From a virus (Duplodnaviria > Caudoviricetes), in the IMG/VR virus record IMGVR_UViG_3300049828_000271, positions 1 through 48,854 of that record: a stretch of DNA of 48,854 bases; one strand, 5' to 3'. The notes under the pieces were generated by a model. The model saw only the letters and a list, made by a program, of their open reading frames with translations, was not told the origin of the DNA and did no database searches. The translations under genes were made by a program, and so were the position numbers. Below, one piece after another: positions 10,482-18,550 of this stretch. How positions within the stretch are numbered: position 1 is the stretch's first letter; the number at the start of each line of letters is the position of its first letter.

Positions 10482-13400
10482 CTATGGATTTGGATTTGCC
10501 ATCAATGTAGCATGAACATCGCTGAATCCTGCGCCATCAGCCATTCTTCCAAATCTAATCGCATCCCAACCAATAAATATTGGTCCAGTCACCGTAGAGT
10601 TATTATCAGGTTTCTTCCAACCATACTTATACATTCTAGGGGAACTCATCATCACCATATCGGCAGAACTATTCATTGCCAATCCCACTGGTGTATTGTA
10701 TTTGTTTAGAACGCGAGTCATTGTGCGGTTTCCATTTCCATCAACCGTTGAACCAGTAGACTTCCAGACTTGCATGATTCCAGTATTACCAACAAATGTC
10801 TTGCCATAAATTGTCGTATTTACCGTATATGGATTGATTTTAATGCGCCACACGAAATCAGTCCACTTACCAATGTCATTGGTGATTTCACCCAAATTGT
10901 AGTAAGAGTATACTCCTGATCCTTCTGTAACACCTGTTCCAGTTGCACCAGACACATGCCAAGATGCGGTATTGCTGTTGGGTAATGAACCAAAATTCCA
11001 CGGTGCAAGAATAGCCAAAACAGCCATAGAACCATTGTCTTGTTGTTCAAAACCAAATATAGATTGAAGAGCTAGAATTGCTCCGTTGCCACGAACAGAA
11101 CCATTTTTTCCAAGGTCAGTTTCAAAATTGGGTGGAAGATAGATTGAATAACCAATCCAGACCTCATCATTCCACGCCCATCGTTGTCCGGTTCCTTGCG
11201 CCGCCGCAAAGTTTCTCGGTTTATCTAATAATGCCGTACCATCAGTATAGTTACCGTCATTTGGTCCGGCTGCACCATTCAGTCCACAATAGTCTTTAGT
11301 CTTGTAGATTGTCGAACCTAACATGTAATTTCCAGTACGAGGATTAACTGTACCAGAAGAACCGTTTGGTGTTGCTGGATAAGTGAAACTTGTCTTTACA
11401 GCCACATCGTATGTTCCACTGGTTGTCAAACCGGCATTAGTTGGTTGGTAGGTTGTAGCCGGACCAAGCCCCTGCAAACCTGCTTCATAACTTTGCCAAT
11501 TCACATAACCACTATCTTTCATGGCTTTAACATATAGCCCATCAGGATTTGTTCCTTGCGATTTGATTGAACCTGTTTCAAAATCGACAGTGTTGTAGAT
11601 TCCAACTCTTGTTGTCGTCGTAGCAAATTCAAAAGCACCCTTAGATGCCGTACCGCTACGAGAAACGCCGGGAAGCGCAGGATTGCTAGAGTTGAGGTCG
11701 GTGTAGGCAATATCTGTTCCCAATGTACCGCCTGCGGCATCTTCAGCCGTCAACTTATAGGCAGAAGTTAATGTACCGCTGACTTTGTTATTGGCTTGAG
11801 TACCCGGTGAAGTCAGATAATATGTACCTCTGGTATTGTTGATCAAGACATTGTTACGCATCCACCCACCATACACGCTAGTAAGTGCTATACCATAGCC
11901 TCTGCAATTTACACAGGTGTTGTTGTAAACGTAGGCTGTTGGTAGAACTGTTCCTGCGTCACCAGATAGTTGAATGCCGTTACCAATGATTCCCGTCCAA
12001 GTAGCTTTACCAGTGTTTGCGCACAAGTTGTTGTATATGCGAGTAATAAACGTTGTATATGGTCCGTAGGAATAGACTCCACCATTCGCAGGCTGAAGAT
12101 CGGTTGCAGGACCAAATTTGACATTGAATGGTGGACCTTCATTACATGCAACAACAATACCATGCTCTCCGATATTTTCAAGATAGTTGTTGTAAATGTC
12201 ACCGGTTCCACCGGTTATCGTAATTCCCGGCAATTGCCCTGTTTGTTCTGGATTGTTCAAACCAACGTTAGTGACCTTGTTGCCGTAGATGGAGTTGACA
12301 CCTTCCCACCAGTTTTTGCCGTTGATTCCATCGCGTCCACAGTATTCGACAATATTGTTTCGAACTGTGATGTTCTTGATTGGTGGCTCGTAATCCGAAT
12401 AATTCGAACCGATGTACATACCTTCACCTTTGAAATGATGAATGTAGCACGATTCGATGATCAAATTGGATTTGAATACACCCCTACCCCAGACGGTCGA
12501 TTGGTCATTTGGGTTAAATCCAATTCCACCGGGACCAGTGTATGTTGTTGCATTGCCATCACATTCAATATTTCTGATGTGTACATTAGCCCACATTCCT
12601 TTAATTTTAAGGGTATGAACTCCCGGTGTAGTAAATTCAGACTTAATTCCATAAGTTTGTCCACCGTTACTTCCATCCAGAAGTGTGTTCTGTGGAGCAG
12701 TAATCAAGAAAATGAAGTCAACAGAACCAGATAGTGTGACATTTCCAGCCAAAGGATTACGAATGATTGTAGGATTACTGCCCGAAGTACCAATTGGATT
12801 TCTGATTTCCAACGGTCCTCTGGTTCCTGCGGTTGCAGTTCTAGTTGATGTTCCTGCACTCAATTCAATGATACAACCGGGAACAGAGTTAGGTGCTTTA
12901 CTACCCGTACCATCAGCCAATGGTTGAGACACATCACAGTTGAATAGTGACACGTTCGATGGAATGATGAAGTGTGCTTCTGTTGGTGGAGGAGGAGCCA
13001 CGGTAATCGTAACCACACAAACATGCTCGGAATACAATCCACCCGTATCTGTAATTCTAACCGTAAGGGTTCTGGTTGCGGCTGTGGCTGATGCACTCAC
13101 AGTTAGAATTCCAGTAGTGTTGGCAATTGTGATACCAGTGTATGAAGTTCCTTGCAATGTGTATGTGACCGCATCAAAATTAGGATCAGAGCCATGTTGT
13201 CCAAAGTTGTAGCTACCCCCTACGCCTTGCACGTATGAGAGTACAGGAGGTGCATTAGTAAATATTGGCGCATCGTTTGGTGGAGGTGGTGGAATAGCCG
13301 TAATCGTAACCACACAAACATGCTCGGAGAATAAACCACCAGAATCAGTGATTCGAATAGTGAGTTCTCTTGTTGCTGCAACGGCACTGGTTGATACAGT

Positions 13401-15962
13401 AAGAATACCAGTTGCAGTATTCATCGAAATACCAGTATATTGAGTGCCTTGCAACGAGTATGTTACTGGATTACCGTCTGGGTCTGAACCATGCTGTCCA
13501 AAGTTATAGCTGCCGCCGACTGTTTCGGTAAATCCTAATACATCAGGCGCGTTTGTGAAACTTGGTGGTAGATTCGTAGAAGCAATTGTCACTTGACAAT
13601 TGACTTCAGAATACAACGCACCCGAATCGGTGATTCTAATTCTCAGATTTCTAATAGCCGCAACAGCATCAGTTCCAACGGCGAGAATTCCTGTCGGACT
13701 ATCTATCGAAATACCAGTATATTGAGTGCCTTGCAACGAGTATGTTACTGGATTACCGTCTGGGTCTGAACCATGCTGTCCAAAGTTATAGCTGCCGCCT
13801 ACACCTTCAGTGTATGAGAGCAGCGGTGGAGCATTTCTGATTGATGGTGTACCGTTTGGATTATTTCCATTCTTGAATTTGGTTGTGATCACACCATCAG
13901 GAGTTGGTACTGCGCGAATCTGAATATATCCAAGTACACCAGAAGTAACACCAATGGATAGAGCTTTAGTATCGCTCTGAACACCATTTGTACAGCCTAC
14001 GGTAAAGTTGTAACTGCCGAGAGTTGTTGGTGTACCTGAAATAATTCCACTCGTAGGATTCAATGACAATCCAGTTGGTAGTGTTCCTGATTCCAAAGAC
14101 CATGAAGTGACAACACCACTGGCTGTCAATTGTGCAGAATAGTAGTTATTTCTAATGGCTGACGATAGCGAAGTTGTTGTGATACTGATAGACGATCCGT
14201 TAGCCACGTAAACTTCAACGGCACTGTTATGTCTAACCAAAGTTGCCGCAACTGGATCAGTCGAAATTACTGTTCCGTTAGCCACGTTTGGATTAGAAAC
14301 GAGCGTGACGTTTGCTGTCAGACTCGCAACACCGGTAATCGTTGAAACTGCGGTAGCTTGTGGATCACCTACAACATCAGGAACAAGATCACCAACTTGA
14401 ATCGTGATGGTATTTGAAAAAGTAGCCCCGTATTGATCTGCCCATTGTATAGTTGTATTGGTTTGTCCGTATACGGTTGGAGTTCCAATTAAATCAGAAG
14501 AGCTTACGCTAAGTCCTGTTGGTAGAGTATTCTGTGCAGTTGCAGTAATGATATCACCTTCAGCATCATACGCATAATCATTCAAAGGTATTGGAGCAAG
14601 AGCTATATTTCTTTGAATTAGTAATATGTTTAGATTATTTGCGCCGATAGTTGGGGTGAGATTGTTGAAGATCAACGTTCCTGCACCCATGTATTGTCCC
14701 GCTGAATAATCGTAGGCATCAGCCGCAATCAATTGTCGAGCAGAATCTCCGTTTGCAGTAAAACTAACTGTACCATCGGATACGCAGGAAATATCGTAGT
14801 TATCAGGACTGGTTACAGCCTCAAGAACTACGGTGTCATTGGTAGCAACACCCGTACCATAGAAAGGACTGGTGGTATCCAGAGTTCCAATTGTGGCAAA
14901 TATCTTACCTGTTGGTGCATCCAGATATTGTCCTGTGAGGGAAACGATGGATGAATTACTCGTTGCAGAAGAAAATACAAAGTGCAAATCGTATCTTGGA
15001 AATGCAGGTGTATCAGATGGAGTTAGAATTACAGTATTTGCACCTACTGGAACAGCTTTGGTGACGCTTGCTTTTGCAGTGGTTCCGCTGCCATTCTGTC
15101 CGGCTTTGATTTGTGCCATGGATGGTGTTGTGCTGCCTGCAATCGTTGCAACACCGTACATGGTTCCAGTCATGCTAGGTGTGAATCCAACAGTATAGGC
15201 TGTATCGGATTGACTGGATACAGTAGGGGCTGAAGTAAACGTGACTGATTCAGAATAATTGTTGGCATTGGTGATGAATGCATTTTCTTGCAACGGTGCA
15301 TCATAGGTATCTGCCATCATGAAGTGGTCAGTATAGAAAACATCACCTTCGGCTGAAGAGTGAACACCTACGTTAATTACAGTAAATGCCGAAGATATGC
15401 AATAGGTTGTGCTGAGTGCTGCACTGATTTCGTTTGCAGAAACCAACGAAAGGGAATTGTTGCCTGCATCCGTGTACATTTCGATCTTGAGTTTTCCACC
15501 GGGAATATCCCATCGACCAATCATGTAGTACCATGTTGCGGCTGATAATGTGCCTTGAGCAATGTTTGCAGAAACGGCTGCGCTTGTCGAACCATTGGCG
15601 CACTTGAACAACATTCCACCGGTAGAGATTCCTTCGAAAGCAAGTCTGTCAGCCGTATTTGCTCCGTAGGTGCGCATTGCAACAACAGAGCCATTAGCTA
15701 ATGATCCAGTCAACCATTTGAACCAACAGGACATTGCACCCACAGAAATGTTTGGTTGTGCTGCATTAGGGGTAATGTTGGTTGCAGTGAACGTGATGCT
15801 TCCTGCGGTGTTTGCAGCTTGTGTCAGTCCATAGGCACCCGTCTTTCCAGCCGCGCCTAGAAATGTCGTGTTGGCATTGGAACCAGTTGTGTCACCGGAT
15901 GAATAATCAGTGCCACTTAAATTGTTGCTGTTTTCAGCATCGTAGAAAAACCTAAGCGACAT
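10482..15962 (-). CDS. Multidomain adhesin/depolymerase-like protein (LamG-like, Ig, PASTA, He_PIG, three cadherin-like repeats, beta-helix, polysaccharide-lyase-like jelly roll)
   Basis: Likely start MSLRFF at 15962 with GGAG 9 nt upstream. Motifs: GEGMYIGSN...ITVRNNIVE beta-helix, a GAFEF cap, and C-terminal DFETG...WIGYSIYLP...GKWTDFV...WDAIRFG. Confidence 0.7.
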   Translation of the reverse strand: MSLRFFYDAENSNNLSGTDYSSGDTTGSNANTTFLGAAGKTGAYGLTQAANTAGSITFTATNITPNAAQPNISVGAMSCWFKWLTGSLANGSVVAMRTYGANTADRLAFEGISTGGMLFKCANGSTSAAVSANIAQGTLSAATWYYMIGRWDIPGGKLKIEMYTDAGNNSLSLVSANEISAALSTTYCISSAFTVINVGVHSSAEGDVFYTDHFMMADTYDAPLQENAFITNANNYSESVTFTSAPTVSSQSDTAYTVGFTPSMTGTMYGVATIAGSTTPSMAQIKAGQNGSGTTAKASVTKAVPVGANTVILTPSDTPAFPRYDLHFVFSSATSNSSIVSLTGQYLDAPTGKIFATIGTLDTTSPFYGTGVATNDTVVLEAVTSPDNYDISCVSDGTVSFTANGDSARQLIAADAYDYSAGQYMGAGTLIFNNLTPTIGANNLNILLIQRNIALAPIPLNDYAYDAEGDIITATAQNTLPTGLSVSSSDLIGTPTVYGQTNTTIQWADQYGATFSNTITIQVGDLVPDVVGDPQATAVSTITGVASLTANVTLVSNPNVANGTVISTDPVAATLVRHNSAVEVYVANGSSISITTTSLSSAIRNNYYSAQLTASGVVTSWSLESGTLPTGLSLNPTSGIISGTPTTLGSYNFTVGCTNGVQSDTKALSIGVTSGVLGYIQIRAVPTPDGVITTKFKNGNNPNGTPSIRNAPPLLSYTEGVGGSYNFGQHGSDPDGNPVTYSLQGTQYTGISIDSPTGILAVGTDAVAAIRNLRIRITDSGALYSEVNCQVTIASTNLPPSFTNAPDVLGFTETVGGSYNFGQHGSDPDGNPVTYSLQGTQYTGISMNTATGILTVSTSAVAATRELTIRITDSGGLFSEHVCVVTITAIPPPPPNDAPIFTNAPPVLSYVQGVGGSYNFGQHGSDPNFDAVTYTLQGTSYTGITIANTTGILTVSASATAATRTLTVRITDTGGLYSEHVCVVTITVAPPPPTEAHFIIPSNVSLFNCDVSQPLADGTGSKAPNSVPGCIIELSAGTSTRTATAGTRGPLEIRNPIGTSGSNPTIIRNPLAGNVTLSGSVDFIFLITAPQNTLLDGSNGGQTYGIKSEFTTPGVHTLKIKGMWANVHIRNIECDGNATTYTGPGGIGFNPNDQSTVWGRGVFKSNLIIESCYIHHFKGEGMYIGSNYSDYEPPIKNITVRNNIVEYCGRDGINGKNWWEGVNSIYGNKVTNVGLNNPEQTGQLPGITITGGTGDIYNNYLENIGEHGIVVACNEGPPFNVKFGPATDLQPANGGVYSYGPYTTFITRIYNNLCANTGKATWTGIIGNGIQLSGDAGTVLPTAYVYNNTCVNCRGYGIALTSVYGGWMRNNVLINNTRGTYYLTSPGTQANNKVSGTLTSAYKLTAEDAAGGTLGTDIAYTDLNSSNPALPGVSRSGTASKGAFEFATTTTRVGIYNTVDFETGSIKSQGTNPDGLYVKAMKDSGYVNWQSYEAGLQGLGPATTYQPTNAGLTTSGTYDVAVKTSFTYPATPNGSSGTVNPRTGNYMLGSTIYKTKDYCGLNGAAGPNDGNYTDGTALLDKPRNFAAAQGTGQRWAWNDEVWIGYSIYLPPNFETDLGKNGSVRGNGAILALQSIFGFEQQDNGSMAVLAILAPWNFGSLPNSNTASWHVSGATGTGVTEGSGVYSYYNLGEITNDIGKWTDFVWRIKINPYTVNTTIYGKTFVGNTGIMQVWKSTGSTVDGNGNRTMTRVLNKYNTPVGLAMNSSADMVMMSSPRMYKYGWKKPDNNSTVTGPIFIGWDAIRFGRMADGAGFSDVHATLMANPNP
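13423..13799. repeat. Identical 95-bp direct repeat (13423-13517 and 13705-13799) within the cadherin-like repeats
   Basis: Base-by-base match atcgaaataccagtatattgag...aagttatagctgccgcc with 282-bp spacing; a third, diverged copy lies near 13130-13220. Confidence 0.95.
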
Positions 15963-17745
15963 ATTCGAATGCTCCCTGATCTGCACTTGCACCTGAAGGA
16001 CGAACAACTACACCATCAAAGTCTGTAAATGGATATCCACTGATGCCAGCATCACGCGCAGGAGAGGAAGCAGTCAAACGATAATTTCTTTCTGGGTCAT
16101 TAAAGAAATTTTGTGCTGCAACCGTGCCACTACGATTATTGGTTACGGTAATATTTGACAATGACGTTGCAGGACTAAATGATCCACAATTGGCTGCAAG
16201 ATTGTTGCGAATAAAGCTACCTGAAGCCGCATCAGATTCGATGGTACATGGATTTCCGTTTGGTGCGCGAACAATGGTGTTATTGTAGAGTTGTCCTCTA
16301 GGTGTGGCTAAAGCCTGTCCCGCTCTTCCCAGAGCAGAAGAACCCACGTTAATTCCATTATTGCCGGGATCGACAATAACGTTATTGTAGGCAATCTGAT
16401 CAAGTATTCCATAGGATGCAGGAATATCATTGAGCCAGAAAGTCAATCCGCTATTGAAGCAAAGTTCAAAATGATTTCCCCATGCCTGATATGTTCCATC
16501 AAGAAGCTGACATGCGTTAGAATGTCCATCATCCCCGGCAAAGCCTGCATTGTAGATGTAGTTGCCATACACTACATTTGTTCCGCTTGCCCACGACTTC
16601 AACTGAAATCCTGTCCAGTTGGTATTTTCGATTCTGTTGTAACGAATCGTCGCATTTCTGCAAGGAAGTGAGCCAGTGTACCAGTTAGGACCAATGTACA
16701 TTCCTTCGCCTTCAGTGTTTTTGACCCAACAGTATTCTATGGTAATATTTTCTTGCCACTTGCCTGCATGATTTGCTACAAGATATTCATTACTGTTGGT
16801 CGATATTCCGATACCGTTGGAAGTAACCGAGTTGGCATTATTCTGCCATCCACCATCAATTTCGATATAAGCTAGAATGCAGTTGTCAGTGATGCCAAAT
16901 GTACTTTGATTAGATGATGCAGAAAGCTTTACGTAAGAAGAAATACCTTCCTTATCATTGGTTGCGGCATTCTTTGCATACATGATCTTAATACCACAAG
17001 AACGATTTGAGGTACGAGCCGCCATGTATCCGTCTATCTTGAAGAATCTGCAATCTGTGAATTCCAAGGCAAATCCACCGGGGGCTGGATCAACGCGACG
17101 AATTATAGCCGGTGTACTTCCACTTGTCGGTGCCTTGATGTAAATAAGATCAGAAAGTGAAGTTCCGCGAATGTTTATGAATTTTATTGGACCATGATGC
17201 GTTACACCACTGGTTGCCTCCAATACAATAGTATCTCCACCGGAAGGAATGGTTTTTCCTGATGTAGAAAGAGATTCCCATCTAACTGCAACGCTGTTGA
17301 GTGTATATGCTACTTCACTTGCGCCATTGATGGTGCGCTGTGCGGACGATACAGGAATGACAAAATCAGCCACACTCGCGACGGCAGTAATCGTTACCTG
17401 ACAAGTGAAATTAGAAGATAACAAACCGGGATCGGTGATACTAATTACAAGATTTCTTACAGCCGCCGTTGCATTGGTTCCTACGGTTAACAATCCCGTA
17501 TTGCTCATTGTAATGCCAGTGTAGGAAGTTCCTACCAGTGCATAAGTCAATGGAGAATCGTTGTCTGGATCAGTTCCATAAGCTCCAAAATTGAATGTTC
17601 CACCCGTACCTTGAATGAAGGAGAGTGTCGTCGGTGCGCCAGACAATGAAGGAGTGCCGTTAGGGTTATTGCCGTCCCGATACTTGGAAGAAACAATACC
17701 CGAGGGCATTGGAACCGCAGTAATTAGAATATTTCCGAGTGCCAT
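15952..17745 (-). CDS. Cadherin/Ig-like domain plus right-handed beta-helix protein (putative depolymerase/adhesin)
   Basis: ATG at 17745. GEGMYIGPN and ATIRYNRIEN beta-helix motifs, C-terminal DFDG..RP.G...DQGAFEY; paralogous to the middle of the next gene. Confidence 0.75.
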   Translation of the reverse strand: MALGNILITAVPMPSGIVSSKYRDGNNPNGTPSLSGAPTTLSFIQGTGGTFNFGAYGTDPDNDSPLTYALVGTSYTGITMSNTGLLTVGTNATAAVRNLVISITDPGLLSSNFTCQVTITAVASVADFVIPVSSAQRTINGASEVAYTLNSVAVRWESLSTSGKTIPSGGDTIVLEATSGVTHHGPIKFINIRGTSLSDLIYIKAPTSGSTPAIIRRVDPAPGGFALEFTDCRFFKIDGYMAARTSNRSCGIKIMYAKNAATNDKEGISSYVKLSASSNQSTFGITDNCILAYIEIDGGWQNNANSVTSNGIGISTNSNEYLVANHAGKWQENITIEYCWVKNTEGEGMYIGPNWYTGSLPCRNATIRYNRIENTNWTGFQLKSWASGTNVVYGNYIYNAGFAGDDGHSNACQLLDGTYQAWGNHFELCFNSGLTFWLNDIPASYGILDQIAYNNVIVDPGNNGINVGSSALGRAGQALATPRGQLYNNTIVRAPNGNPCTIESDAASGSFIRNNLAANCGSFSPATSLSNITVTNNRSGTVAAQNFFNDPERNYRLTASSPARDAGISGYPFTDFDGVVVRPSGASADQGAFEYVA

Positions 17746-17746
17746 G

Positions 17747-18544
17747 TTACTCAATTACTCCTGAGAAGATCACTACCGGATCACCTACGTTGTAGGAAAG
17801 TCCGCGTCTTTTCTGTTGAGGGTCAGTTACGATGTTAGAATCCACTCTGATGCCAGACAATGCGCCAAGAATCATTTCAGAAAAGACTTTCTCTACACCA
17901 TTTTCGTCTGTGTACGGAATTTCAAGGTATTCACCGTTGGTAAAGTCGCGAAAAACGTTCGAAACGTACATTTCCAGAATTTCGTTGCCAAAAACCTTGT
18001 CAATGGTCTTGTTTGCAGACTCAATGATGCAGGTTGCACCTGAAACGTTGCCCGTAGCTTTGTGCTTTTCTAGCAAATTTACGTCAATGGATAGGTTGGC
18101 TTCACTCAGAGTCAACTGAAAGGCTTGCGGCAGCTTCCATTTTCCGTCCGAAGCGATTAGAATTTGCTTCTTGGGATAGTAAACCTGAATCTCTTGCCCG
18201 TAAAGGACGCGAAATAGCCACTTGACAGACTCTTCTGAACCCTTCTTGACATAAAACTCTCGCGCACCTTTGAGAATCTTGACCAAATCCAGTTCCGAAT
18301 TCTCTGGAAAGTAAGGAAGCAATTCCTGCTTGAACAGTCGAATGAAAGGATCAAGAGTTTCGTCAATGTCTCGGTACTTGGCTGAGTTCATGATATGGTA
18401 GACAGTATTTCCCTTGCTCTCGTCTTCTAGCCATTCATAGTAAAGCTCAAGAAAACGCTTAAACTGAGGATGATCTGCACGAACAAAATCCGGTAGCTGC
18501 CGATTGACAAGCGAGGAAATGGTCAGTTCAGTGTTTTGAGACAT
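17747..18544 (-). CDS. gp7: Baseplate wedge gp7, N-terminal fragment
   Basis: ISSLVNRQLPDFVRADHPQFKRFLELYYEWLE and FYVKKGSEESVKWLFRVLYG...YPKKQILIASDGKW; directly after gp6. Confidence 0.8.
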   Translation of the reverse strand: MSQNTELTISSLVNRQLPDFVRADHPQFKRFLELYYEWLEDESKGNTVYHIMNSAKYRDIDETLDPFIRLFKQELLPYFPENSELDLVKILKGAREFYVKKGSEESVKWLFRVLYGQEIQVYYPKKQILIASDGKWKLPQAFQLTLSEANLSIDVNLLEKHKATGNVSGATCIIESANKTIDKVFGNEILEMYVSNVFRDFTNGEYLEIPYTDENGVEKVFSEMILGALSGIRVDSNIVTDPQQKRRGLSYNVGDPVVIFSGVIE

Positions 18545-18550
18545 GTTGCT

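Noticed and set aside
11970-12734. 254-aa plus-strand ORF and other antisense ORFs such as 28467-29090
   Set aside because: They shadow well-supported minus-strand genes and carry no recognisable motifs.
13423-13799. DGR template/variable repeat or CRISPR array
   Set aside because: The copies are identical with no adenine-specific differences, are in-frame domain repeats, and no reverse transcriptase or spacer pattern is present in the window.
8345-17746. Intein or self-splicing intron explaining the gp7 interruption
   Set aside because: No Hint motifs (C/S start, HN-C/S/T end) or intron core seen; the insert is fully protein-coding.
17740-17765. RF2-like +1 frameshift fusing gp7N to the next gene
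   Set aside because: The GAG codon before TAA cannot re-pair in the +1 frame; a normal AGGAG plus ATG explains the junction.
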